A DNA stretch of 64,000 nt from Eledone cirrhosa. Taxonomy: Eukaryota. The notes under the pieces are model-generated. The model was not told where the DNA came from and made no database searches. It saw only the letters and a program-made list of their open reading frames with translations. The position numbers and the translations under genes are program-made. This document shows positions 1 to 14,661 of the stretch, in pieces; the first letter of the stretch is position 1; each line of letters starts with the position of its first letter. The stretch spans positions 366,544,001 to 366,608,000 of the forward strand of contig OZ024740.1 in the NCBI GenBank assembly GCA_964016885.1. The letters run 5' to 3'.

Positions 1-3000
1 TATGATATAGTGTGAAATTAGGACATAGAAGTGATTGAATGAATGGGTTCGAATGGAGAGAAGAATGGAGAAAAAATTGGGCATAATTTAACAATAAACG
101 AAAATACAAGATTTGTTTTGTTTAAGAAAATACGATAGAGAAAATGCGGTGATAGGGAAAATATGATTTTTAGAGAAAAGATATGATATAGAATGGTGAA
201 AATATGATATAGTGTGAAATTAGGACATAGAAGTGATTGAATGAATGGGTTCGAATGGAGAGAAGAATCGAGAAAAAATTGGGCATAATTTAACAATAAA
301 CGAAAATACAAGATTTGTTTTGTTTCAGAAAATACGATAGAGAAAATGCGGTGATAGGGAAAATATGATTTTTAGAGAAAAGATATGATATAGAATGGTG
401 AAAATATGATATAGTGTGAAATTAGGACATAGAAGTGATTGAATGAATGGGTTCGAATGGAGAGAAGAATCGAGAAAAAATTGGGCATAATTTAACAATA
501 AACGAAAATACAAGATTTGTTTTGTTTAAGAAAATACGATAGAGAAAATGCGGTGATAGGGAAAATATGATTTTTAGAGAAAAGATATGATATAGAATGG
601 TGAAAATATGATATAGTGTGAATTTAGGACATAGAAGTGATTGAATGAATGGGTTCGAATGGAGAGAAGAATCGAGAAAAAATTGGGCATAATTTAACAA
701 TAAACGAAAATACAAGATTTGTTTTGTTTAAGAAAATACGATAGAGAAAATGCGGTGATAGGGAAAATATGATTTTTAGAGAAAAGATATGATATAGAAT
801 GGTGAAAATATGATATAGTGTGAAATTAGGACATAGAAGTGATTGAATGAATGGGTTCGAATGGAGAGAAGAATCGAGAAAAATTTGAACGTTACTTTAT
901 ACCGAAGGGAACAGCCATCCCAGAAATAGCGAGTTGGCGATTTTGATTAATTTTGGTAGGGTTTTATCTTATATGTATAGAGAGGGAGGGGGGGCAGGAA
1001 CCAGCATGATGAATGGGTAGGGGGTAGAATATGGGATGGAGCAGAGGTTAAAAGTATAAATAGGTACTCGAAGATTTGCGTAAAACTTAGCAAGTTTAAC
1101 AAATTATATTTAAAGGAATATATAATAGTGATAGCGAGAATGTAAGGTTTAAGATAAGATCGCCGTATTTTGGGCATGATTTAACAATAAACGAAAATAC
1201 AAGATTTGTTTTGTTTAAGAAAATACGATAGAGAAAATGCGGTGATAGGGAAAATATGATTTTTAGAGAAAAGATATGATATAGAATGGTGAAAATATGA
1301 TATAGTGTGAAATTAGGACATAGAAGTGATTGAATGAATGGGTTCGAATGGAGAGAAGAATGGAGAAAAAATTGGGCATAATTTAACAATAAACGAAAAT
1401 ACAAGATTTGTTTTGTTTAAGAAAATACGATAGAGAAAATGCGGTGATAGGGAAAATATGATTTTTAGAGAAAAGATATGATATAGAATGGTGAAAATAT
1501 GATATAGTGTGAAATTAGGACATAGAAGTGATTGAATGAATGGGTTCGAATGGAGAGAAGAATCGAGAAAAAATTGGGCATAATTTAACAATAAACGAAA
1601 ATACAAGATTTGTTTTGTTTCAGAAAATACGATAGAGAAAATGCGGTGATAGGGAAAATATGATTTTTAGAGAAAAGATATGATATAGAATGGTGAAAAT
1701 ATGATATAGTGTGAAATTAGGACATAGAAGTGATTGAATGAATGGGTTCGAATGGAGAGAAGAATCGAGAAAAAATTGGGCATAATTTAACAATAAACGA
1801 AAATACAAGATTTGTTTTGTTTAAGAAAATACGATAGAGAAAATGCGGTGATAGGGAAAATATGATTTTTAGAGAAAAGATATGATATAGAATGGTGAAA
1901 ATATGATATAGTGTGAATTTAGGACATAGAAGTGATTGAATGAATGGGTTCGAATGGAGAGAAGAATCGAGAAAAAATTGGGCATAATTTAACAATAAAC
2001 GAAAATACAAGATTTGTTTTGTTTAAGAAAATACGATAGAGAAAATGCGGTGATAGGGAAAATATGATTTTTAGAGAAAAGATATGATATAGAATGGTGA
2101 AAATATGATATAGTGTGAAATTAGGACATAGAAGTGATTGAATGAATGGGTTCGAATGGAGAGAAGAATCGAGAAAAATTTGAACGTTACTTTATACCGA
2201 AGGGAACAGCCATCCCAGAAATAGCGAGTTGGCGATTTTGATTAATTTTGGTAGGGTTTTATCTTATATGTATAGAGAGGGAGGGGGGGCAGGAACCAGC
2301 ATGATGAATGGGTAGGGGGTAGAATATGGGATGGAGCAGAGGTTAAAAGTTTAAATAGGTACTCGAAGATTTGCGTAAAACTTAGCAAGTTTAACAAATT
2401 ATATTTAAAGGAATATATAATAGTGATAGCGAGAATGTAAGGTTTAAGATAAGATCGCCGTATTTTGGGCATGATTTAACAATAAACGAAAATACAAGAT
2501 TTGTTTTGTTTAAGAAAATACGATAGAGAAAATGCGGTGATAGGGAAAATATGATTTTTAGAGAAAAGATATGATATAGAATGGTGAAAATATGATATAG
2601 TGTGAAATTAGGACATAGAAGTGATTGAATGAATGGGTTCGAATGGAGAGAAGAATGGAGAAAAAATTGGGCATAATTTAACAATAAACGAAAATACAAG
2701 ATTTGTTTTGTTTAAGAAAATACGATAGAGAAAATGCGGTGATAGGGAAAATATGATTTTTAGAGAAAAGATATGATATAGAATGGTGAAAATATGATAT
2801 AGTGTGAAATTAGGACATAGAAGTGATTGAATGAATGGGTTCGAATGGAGAGAAGAATCGAGAAAAAATTGGGCATAATTTAACAATAAACGAAAATACA
2901 AGATTTGTTTTGTTTCAGAAAATACGATAGAGAAAATGCGGTGATAGGGAAAATATGATTTTTAGAGAAAAGATATGATATAGAATGGTGAAAATATGAT

Positions 3001-5494
3001 ATAGTGTGAAATTAGGACATAGAAGTGATTGAATGAATGGGTTCGAATGGAGAGAAGAATCGAGAAAAAATTGGGCATAATTTAACAATAAACGAAAATA
3101 CAAGATTTGTTTTGTTTAAGAAAATACGATAGAGAAAATGCGGTGATAGGGAAAATATGATTTTTAGAGAAAAGATATGATATAGAATGGTGAAAATATG
3201 ATATAGTGTGAATTTAGGACATAGAAGTGATTGAATGAATGGGTTCGAATGGAGAGAAGAATCGAGAAAAAATTGGGCATAATTTAACAATAAACGAAAA
3301 TACAAGATTTGTTTTGTTTAAGAAAATACGATAGAGAAAATGCGGTGATAGGGAAAATATGATTTTTAGAGAAAAGATATGATATAGAATGGTGAAAATA
3401 TGATATAGTGTGAAATTAGGACATAGAAGTGATTGAATGAATGGGTTCGAATGGAGAGAAGAATCGAGAAAAATTTGAACGTTACTTTATACCGAAGGGA
3501 ACAGCCATCCCAGAAATAGCGAGTTGGCGATTTTGATTAATTTTGGTAGGGTTTTATCTTATATGTATAGAGAGGGAGGGGGGGCAGGAACCAGCATGAT
3601 GAATGGGTAGGGGGTAGAATATGGGATGGAGCAGAGGTTAAAAGTATAAATAGGTACTCGAAGATTTGCGTAAAACTTAGCAAGTTTAACAAATTATATT
3701 TAAAGGAATATATAATAGTGATAGCGAGAATGTAAGGTTTAAGATAAGATCGCCGTATTTTGGGCATGATTTAACAATAAACGAAAATACAAGATTTGTT
3801 TTGTTTAAGAAAATACGATAGAGAAAATGCGGTGATAGGGAAAATATGATTTTTAGAGAAAAGATATGATATAGAATGGTGAAAATATGATATAGTGTGA
3901 AATTAGGACATAGAAGTGATTGAATGAATGGGTTCGAATGGAGAGAAGAATGGAGAAAAAATTGGGCATAATTTAACAATAAACGAAAATACAAGATTTG
4001 TTTTGTTTAAGAAAATACGATAGAGAAAATGCGGTGATAGGGAAAATATGATTTTTAGAGAAAAGATATGATATAGAATGGTGAAAATATGATATAGTGT
4101 GAAATTAGGACATAGAAGTGATTGAATGAATGGGTTCGAATGGAGAGAAGAATCGAGAAAAAATTGGGCATAATTTAACAATAAACGAAAATACAAGATT
4201 TGTTTTGTTTCAGAAAATACGATAGAGAAAATGCGGTGATAGGGAAAATATGATTTTTAGAGAAAAGATATGATATAGAATGGTGAAAATATGATATAGT
4301 GTGAAATTAGGACATAGAAGTGATTGAATGAATGGGTTCGAATGGAGAGAAGAATCGAGAAAAAATTGGGCATAATTTAACAATAAACGAAAATACAAGA
4401 TTTGTTTTGTTTAAGAAAATACGATAGAGAAAATGCGGTGATAGGGAAAATATGATTTTTAGAGAAAAGATATGATATAGAATGGTGAAAATATGATATA
4501 GTGTGAATTTAGGACATAGAAGTGATTGAATGAATGGGTTCGAATGGAGAGAAGAATCGAGAAAAAATTGGGCATAATTTAACAATAAACGAAAATACAA
4601 GATTTGTTTTGTTTAAGAAAATACGATAGAGAAAATGCGGTGATAGGGAAAATATGATTTTTAGAGAAAAGATATGATATAGAATGGTGAAAATATGATA
4701 TAGTGTGAAATTAGGACATAGAAGTGATTGAATGAATGGGTTCGAATGGAGAGAAGAATCGAGAAAAATTTGAACGTTACTTTATACCGAAGGGAACAGC
4801 CATCCCAGAAATAGCGAGTTGGCGATTTTGATTAATTTTGGTAGGGTTTTATCTTATATGTATAGAGAGGGAGGGGGGGCAGGAACCAGCATGATGAATG
4901 GGTAGGGGGTAGAATATGGGATGGAGCAGAGGTTAAAAGTTTAAATAGGTACTCGAAGATTTGCGTAAAACTTAGCAAGTTTAACAAATTATATTTAAAG
5001 GAATATATAATAGTGATAGCGAGAATGTAAGGTTTAAGATAAGATCGCCGTATTTTGGGCATGATTTAACAATAAACGAAAATACAAGATTTGTTTTGTT
5101 TAAGAAAATACGATAGAGAAAATGCGGTGATAGGGAAAATATGATTTTTAGAGAAAAGATATGATATAGAATGGTGAAAATATGATATAGTGTGAATTTA
5201 GGACATAGAAGTGATTGAATGAATGGGTTCGAATGGAGAGAAGAATCGAGAAAAAATTGGGCATAATTTAACAATAAACGAAAATACAAGATTTGTTTTG
5301 TTTAAGAAAATACGATAGAGAAAATGCGGTGATAGGGAAAATATGATTTTTAGAGAAAAGATATGATATAGAATGGTGAAAATATGATATAGTGTGAAAT
5401 TAGGACATAGAAGTGATTGAATGAATGGGTTCGAATGGAGAGAAGAATCGAGAAAAAATTGGGCATAATTTAACAATAAACGAAAATACAAGAT
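1..5494. repeat. Satellite DNA array: 202-bp monomer organised in a 1295-bp higher-order repeat; array continues beyond the window start
   Basis: Monomers recur every 202 bp (ttgggcataattt at 481, 683). Diagnostic variants and the insert recur every 1295 bp (ORF track repeats at 18/1313/2608/3903). 5x202+285=1295. Confidence 0.97.
885..1169. repeat. 285-bp non-monomer insert of the higher-order unit (other copies 2180-2464, 3475-3759, 4770-5054)
   Basis: Unique sequence interrupts a monomer at aaaaatt|ttgggc once per 1295 bp; contains G-runs and TATAAATAGG. Confidence 0.93.
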
Positions 5495-6034
5495 TTTAAA
5501 TAAATATATATATATACATATATATATATATACATACATATATTTATATATACATATATATATACATAAACACTCACACATATATATGAATATATAGAAT
5601 TCACAAGAATCAAAGCTATGTTCAAAGCATTTATTCACTTACAATTGTTTCATCCAAACCTAGGCTTGGAACCTTCGGAGCATTTTTCAATGTTTGTACA
5701 CATAATTGACCTCCTTTCCAACGCAAGAGACATACAGATACATATGTATATATTGATGTACAGTGGAGTGACATATATTATATTATATTATTTCTGTATA
5801 GCAATTCAAATTCAAAATCAAAATCAAAATTAAAATTAAAATTAAAACAAAATTGAAATACATTCGGCAGTTAACATAGGTAATGCAAGAGGATAGTTTG
5901 TTAGTCAGATGTAGTAGTTAGTGTATGCGTTAGTTACACGTGGGGCATGCACGTGTGTCTCATTTATATATGATTATTGTGTGGCAGGGTGTTACATGTA
6001 ATACAAGCACTTTAAGCGGGTAAGTAAGAGTATT

Positions 6035-7812
<1,778 letters not shown>

Positions 7813-8273
7813 CATGTCAGTTAACACCTTCTCTCTACTGACCTCTTCCTCGCACTTCCACTCACTCGATTTTCCTTCTTTCTAACATCGGATTCACTAA
7901 CGAAAGGTCTATTTCTTATTTCTTACTCGCTCATATATTCACACAGCTTACGCTGACAGAATAACCATGTTGCTTGTGTTTCTTTCCATCTTCGGTTAGC
8001 TTTCCCCTGTGTTGTTTACTTGTCTCACTCGCTTTACGCGTTTCAATTGTCCTAATAACTTATTTTAGTTATTGTCGCACCAACGTGAGGTATATGATTT
8101 TTAATGCGATGAAATACCAATGATCGTTGGCAAATCACTGATGGGGGACTCATTTTATAACATGTAATCCATGTGCAACCATGCAGTATTCTTCTCCCCG
8201 CCCTAGATAGATAGATAGATATATTTTTATGTATATATTTATATATAAGTATATGTGTATATATATATATGTG

Positions 8274-8412
<139 letters not shown>

Positions 8413-8416
8413 AAGT

Positions 8417-8698
8417 GGAGGCACGTGGCCTAGTGGTAAGAGTGTTGGACATACGATCATAATGTCGTGGGCTCAATTCCTGGGTTGCGTGTTGTGTTCT
8501 TGAGCAAGACACTTCATTTCACGTTGCCCCAGTACACTCAGCTGAAAATGAGTACCAGCAATAGCTTGAGGTTTAACCCTGTGATGGACTGGCATCCTGT
8601 CCAGGGGAGAGTCTTGTACTCTCAGTCGCTTCACGCCATGAAACCGGGATAAGCACCGGCCAAATAAACCTTCTGGCTTAAGACAGACTTTAGACTTT
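8417..8698 (+). mobile_element. tRNA-derived SINE with CORE-like and V-like domains; partial relatives at 10312-10430 (+) and 14765-14872 (-)
   Basis: A box tggcctagtgg, degenerate B box ggctcaattcc, CORE-like tgtgttcttgagcaagacactt, V-like cctgtgatggactggcatcctgtccagggg, tail agactttagacttt. Confidence 0.75.
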
Positions 8699-8790
8699 TT
8701 AGATATATATGAAAGGTATATATTGAGTTAGAAATTCAAAATAGTCTCTTACAATAAAATAGCTCTAGGAAAGAGATTTTTCCGAGCCGT

Positions 8791-9333
8791 ATATTATAAT
8801 TGAATATAAAAGAAAAACGAGCACAAATATATAGATATATGTGTTCAAATCATAAGGGATCAGATTCGCTAAGGTGAAAAGAATACTAACTATAAACAAT
8901 AGGGTTTGCCAGACTCAATTTAAGAATAAATCAAGAAAATAAATACAAACGGGAATTGTGGTAACTACCAATCACCCAGACAGATTTGGTAATGCTGTTT
9001 CGCAAAATTAATTGTGAAGAGGAATTGCTCATCAGTGGGTGAAGAATTAGTATCCTGGACACTTCTAAGTATATTAAAAAACTGAATAGTGGAATAGTGT
9101 GCATATATATAATAACGCACATGGTATCTGAACTTAGCGTGTCTCACAAACTCACAACACTAAAAATAGCAGCCAGGTTTGTATTTATTTTCTTGATTTA
9201 TTCTTAAATTGAGTCTGGCAAACCCTATTGTCTACAGTTAGTATTCTTTTCACCTTAGCGAATCTGATCCCTTACGATTTGAACACATATATGTATATAT
9301 CTGTGTTCGTTTTTCTTTTATATTCAATTATAA
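8791..9333. mobile_element. ORF-less fold-back element: about 160-bp inverted arms (8791-8950 / 9177-9333) around a 226-bp spacer holding a hammerhead; probable PLE pLTR with inverted tail
   Basis: Arms are reverse complements with a few transitions (gccagactcaatttaagaataaatcaagaaaataaatacaaac vs gtttgtatttattttcttgatttattcttaaattgagtctggc); the right arm ends in (TA)n. Confidence 0.88.
8972..9042 (-). ncRNA. Canonical type I hammerhead ribozyme
   Basis: Minus strand reads UCACCCA-CUGAUGA-GCAA(19 nt)UUGC-GAAA-CAG(11 nt)CUG-UC-UGGGUGA: 7-bp stem I, intact core, GUC triplet, predicted cut between 8979 and 8978. Confidence 0.9.
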
Positions 9334-9353
9334 TATATATATATATATATATA

Positions 9354-9491
9354 TATTAAATAACAGATTAAAGTTTAAGCAAAGAATCGCTGCTTTCACC
9401 CTTAACGGGATCTTCTGAAACTGTTTCAGAAGATCCCGTTAAGGGTGAAAGCAGCGATTCTTTGCTTAAACTTTAATCTGTTATTTTAATA
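9354..9491. repeat. Near-perfect palindrome (about 68-bp arms, centre at 9422) built from two inverted copies of the 7577-7644 hammerhead/terminus segment
   Basis: taacagattaaagtttaagc...cttctgaaac t gtttcagaag...gcttaaactttaatctgtta; one indel at the outer edge. Confidence 0.95.
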
Positions 9492-9539
9492 AATATTTGC
9501 TCTACGGTTCTTATATATTTGATATATATTTATTATTAT

Positions 9540-9542
<3 letters not shown>

Positions 9543-9634
<92 letters not shown>

Positions 9635-9778
9635 TGTATGTATGTATGTATGTATGTATGTATGTATGTGTGTATATATGTGTGTGTATATGTATATATG
9701 TGTATATATATATGTGTATATATATATGTGTATATATATATGTATATGTGTGTGTTTGTGTGTGTGTGTGTGTGTGAA
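9543..9778. repeat. Compound (TA)n/(TATG)n/(TG)n microsatellite
   Basis: Direct reading. Confidence 0.95.
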
Positions 9779-10910
9779 TGTGGCAAAGATAATACATCAG
9801 GAATGACGTGTTGGTCATAATGTCGTTATGCAGACAGTCAGGCATACAGACAGATATTATAAGGGCGTGACGGAGATTGATAACTGGCGCCTGACACCCC
9901 TTTAACAACAGAAAATTGAAAAATAAAAGCTGCAGTTAATATCTTTAGACCGCAAGGAATATATAAATGCAAGTTTGAAGTCAATCGGAGTAGAAATTTG
10001 GATTTGTATAGACTTTGCAAAAATGAGAACACACACACACACAGACAACTACAGTTTTCTCTCTATATATATATCACCATCATCGTTTAATGTCCGTTCT
10101 TCCATGATGGAATTGGTTGGAAGGTTTATCACAGACCAAGTCAGTAATTAATAGGAGCTACATCATCCCATGTTCCATCTACCAAGCTATTTCTGCACTT
10201 CTGTATACAGATGTTTCCTCCATGGGCATCACATGTCTATACCAGTGCAGTCATTTCTCTTTTACATCACATTGGATTCTTCTTATACTAAATCACACAT
10301 GCTGAAATACAGGTACATGGCTTAGTGGTTAGAGAGTAGGATTTGCAATCGTGAGGTTATGAGTTCAATTCTCGGACCGGGTAATGTGCTGTATCCTTGA
10401 GCAAGACAATTTATTTCATGTTGCTCCTTCTGTCAAGGAGTTGCGAACAGTAGAGAGTATCAGCAATGGAAAGATCAATGGAAACAGAAGTTTTCTTGGT
10501 CCAATTTGATGAGGTCTATCCCACTCGGCAAGCGAATGAGGTTTAGGATCTTGTCGATTGATCAGAACGAGAGAGAAAAACAAGTTAGATCTCTTTTATC
10601 AAAGATTTTTCATATTTCTTTATTTGTACTTTACATATAGTTTAGAACAAGAGCATTCTTAGATCAGGCATTCAGGTTTTTACTATTACTTCTATGAGCT
10701 TTTGCAATGACTGAAAAAGCATATGAACAATAAGCCATTATTATAACTATATTTATTCTGTCGATGGGACTGTGAATGGTTGGAAACTTTATTAGACTTA
10801 TGAACCTAAGAATGATATATTCCCAAACCAAACACAAAGAAATAATAAGAAAATATTGTAAAAATCTTAATAAAAAAAGATCAAACTTGAGTACAATCAT
10901 GTTTTCAATA

Positions 10911-10945
<35 letters not shown>

Positions 10946-11229
10946 CATATATGTATGTAGAATGTGTGTGTGTTTGATACATGAAGGCAGTAGTAAAGAT
11001 CTTCCTTTCAAATTACAATTCAGAAGAGTGATATTATCTGTTATGTAGGTTTACACTTATTCCACACAGCTGTGAGATTTTTCCAGTGCTAAAATAAATC
11101 CACTCTGTATGTGTTTCACCTCCATCAGTTTTGACAATGAATGTTCCAGTTGATACAACCAACAGGATTGTCTGCTGATGAAATTAATGTGTGCAAGGCT
11201 GAGCATTCCACTGGCATGTGCACCCTTAA

Positions 11230-11443
11230 CCCTTTAAATTGGTCATATCCAGCCAGAATTCTCCCACCTCCTTCTGTTCAAACCGGCTGGAACTGGCCAC
11301 TCATACAGATGTTAAGGTATTGTTCTCAAAATAAATAATTTCAAAATCTCATAGATTCGATATTATGTGCAATAATTATGTGAGGTAAAGTCTTTACCAT
11401 GAAAATACAATAGTAAATATAGAGTAATGCAAATGCTAAAGGG
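11230..11443. mobile_element. piggyBac-type MITE inserted in an old SINE
   Basis: TTAA|CCCTTTA...TAAAGGG|TTAA termini with TTAA duplication. Confidence 0.75.
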
Positions 11444-12774
11444 TTAATGTAGTTCCCTGGAATATTTAGCATGACAATATGTGACAATGTTGGTTCCTTA
11501 AATTATAACTACAACTCAATATTGCCAGCTGAGTGAACTTAAGTGTGTTGTTCAAGAACATAAAATGCTGCTCGACACGGAAATTGAACTCACAACCTTA
11601 CGATTGTGAGCTCTGCATACTAACCATTACACCATGCACCTTCACAAATATAAAGCCTATCTACTTGTCTTTGTGTCAGTCAGTTACGGAAAAGATGGGA
11701 AAAATGAAAGAAGGAATTGTTTGTGTAGTACAAGGGGTTTGGTTTAGTAAGCAATGGATTTATTGAGAAATGAGATAAAAAATGCTGAGAAACAATTACT
11801 GTATTTGCTGGCCTATTGGACGCTCCTTCGTATTTTACAAGGACATTTTGAGAAAGAAAAAGAATTTTAGTACATTTCTTCATAAATTTATTAAGAATGA
11901 TTTCCTAGTTTTTCAAGAAACTCTTATGTATGTTTGACATTTTGCTTATATGAAATTGTATTGTATTAAACTTTGCTTTTCATCCTTACGGGGTCGATAA
12001 AATAAAGTACCAGTAATACACTGGGACAATTGCTGGCCTTGTGCCAAAAGTAGAAACAATTATTGTATTAGTAATACTAATAGTGATACAAACTAAATTT
12101 TTTTAACCATGATTGCCCTCACTCTGTTTGGACTCCCATCGGTGCTATGGGCATATTGAATGCAGGGAAGATTTTTTTATTTGTTTTTTGGGAAAAACGT
12201 ATGTTCAATAGGCTGGCAAATACAGTACATAACAGGAATAAGTGGTCGAAGAAGAAGGGAGACAAGTTCCTTTGAGTACAACCATAACTAGATTTTTAGA
12301 AAGAAAATCACAGTCTATCATTTGACAAGATGCCTTACCTACCATCAAGCACTCATACCTTTCTAGCCGAGAGATAACAAACACACAGACACAACGCTAC
12401 TGTTAGTCTACCACCAGTATATTGACTATGAATAAATTTTGTAGAAATCTCAACATGATTTCTAGAACAATTGGTTTTCAATTATTTGGAACACTAAAAG
12501 GAATATATTTCCTTTTCAAACAATTACTTGTTTCAACTGTATAAATGTTGAACTTATTACTGTTATTTTAAACTTTTGTTTGATTCCATTTAGAAATGGA
12601 AGCTTCTTGAATTAGTGTTGATTAAATATATTGGAAATGTAATTATATTTTTGTCATTCTCCTGTAATTATTACATAATGATGTATGCATCCTAACAGCA
12701 TTTAGTTCCACACAAGCTAATCTTCTTTAAATTAGTAACTCCAGCATTTAATCAGACGTACATACATATCATCA

Positions 12775-13237
12775 TCATCATCACCATTTAACGTCCATGT
12801 TTCCACACTAGCATGGGTTAGATGAGTTGTCCTGTTGTGAGAAATGCCAGGTCAGGTGACCATGTCTTGCTCATACAGAACTGCATTTGGCTTGGTTTCT
12901 GCAGCTGGATGCCCTTCCTAGCGCCAACCTCATTTACAGTGACTACTGGGTCCTTTTTGTCGTAAAACCTACATGACTACTTTATAGTGTAGGCTGAGTG
13001 CTTTTTGTTGTGACACCTACATGACTACTTTACAGTATGGGCTGGGTGCTTTTTGTCATGTTGCCATCACAACCATTTTACAGTGTGAGCTAGGTGCTTT
13101 TTATCATGACACCTACACGGCCACTTTACAGTGTTGACTGGGTGCTTTTTGTCGTGACACCTACATAACCAGTCTACAGGGTGGGCTGGCTGCTTTTTGT
13201 TGTGACACCTACTCGACCACTTAACAGTGTGGGCTGG
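12775..13237 (-). mobile_element. Meta-domain SINE remnant whose internal segment expanded into a 48-bp minisatellite (12933-13237, about 6.4 copies)
   Basis: (ATC)n tail at 12768-12785; gctggatgcccttcctagcgccaacc is the reverse complement of the Meta-domain motif; units tttacagtg..ctgggtgctttttgtcgtgacacctac start at 12933, 12981, 13029, 13077, 13125, 13173, 13221. Confidence 0.75.
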
Positions 13238-14586
13238 AGGCTTCACTAGATGTATGCTTCAGCCTATCCTCGTGGGAGATGTATGGAAGGGTGGGGTGGG
13301 CTGGAGGTAGGTGTGGTGCATACGATATATATTCTTCAACTTCAGCCTGTGCCATGTGAAGGTGGTCTTCTGTATTACTGCATAATGCCAGGGATCTTGG
13401 TCCTGTGGCATATATACATACATACATATGTACGTACATACATGCATATACACACACATGTACATACATACACACACATACATGCACACACACATACATA
13501 CATGCATACATACATACTTACATACATACATGCATACATAAATACATACAAACACGCATACACGCACACATACATACATAAAATGGCGACCATTGTGGTA
13601 GGCAATTACTGATTATATGAAGGTAACATGACATAGAAAAGCTGAGCTACAGAATGTGATAAGATTACATACACATATTTCAACATAAGTTTTTAAATAT
13701 TCTATATTTTGTAATACAAACAAACATGGAGTTGTAACTATACACACACAAAGAAATAAGCCATGTATTGCTTCAAAACAACTCACCATACAATGCTTAC
13801 AATGTACATTTAAATATAATTGCAGAATTAAAAAATTACCCAAGCTGTGAACAACTTTAAATTTAATTTTGATAAAACTTTGTCTATTTTAACAATTAAT
13901 TATAAATATCTTTGAACAGGCAAAAACCATCACAGCTAAATGTATAAGTCTTCTTCGACAAAATCGAGACTACGATCATTGTTTAGAATGGAGCTACAAT
14001 CTTAACAAATATTTATATGAAACATATAATCTGACCCCTACGCCGAAAAAAAAAAATCGGTTTTAAGTAAGTACTAAAAGAATCTGTAGAACTCCAAAAA
14101 CCCAGAATTAAGCTTAACCCCCAAACTTTTAAATGAAAAAATAAAACATATCAGATGTGAATTGATGCATTTAACCGAACTATTTGATTAGAAACAAGCT
14201 GGCATTACATAGATAACGATACAATTCTACTGATAGATAGGAAAAGCCATATACGACCAGTATAAGAAAAGAACCCTCTAAATTAGAAGGATAATAGAAA
14301 ATTATCTGAAGGTCACACAGTCGAAAGCTATGAAAACAACTCCTGGAACCATTAACCTATTGATATATGTCTCAGCTATAACATTGCGGACTTTTCATAA
14401 TGTACTAATGCCACGTACTGAGATACAAGCGGATAGTAACACTGAAGCAACGCCTTCAACAAGAGCATAGTCAGTGATCATCTCGCCCAAGTTTATGAGC
14501 ACGAGAATAACAATATTGTTAGGATAGCCACTGATCTAGAGACATGAAATAAAAGCGAACAATAATCTCTACTCAATGCTGGAACA

Positions 14587-14661
14587 AAGAAGAAGAAGAA
14601 GAAGAAGAAGAAGAAGAAGAAGAAGAAGAAGAAGAAGAAGAAGAAGAAGAAGAAGAAGAAG
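14587..14661. repeat. (GAA)n microsatellite, possibly the tail of a decayed LINE upstream
   Basis: Direct reading; the LINE origin is inference only. Confidence 0.9.

Noticed and set aside
1-5494. Satellite as CRISPR array, retrozyme array or tRNA/Pol III gene array (GGTTCGAAT in each monomer)
   Set aside because: No unique spacers or cas genes; no CUGANGA/GAAA fold on either strand; the B-box-like motif lacks the final C, an A box and a cloverleaf.
18-5638. Repeated 62-146 aa minus-strand ORFs
   Set aside because: Translation of the pyrimidine-rich satellite strand; frame changes with each 202-bp monomer and no domain is recognisable.
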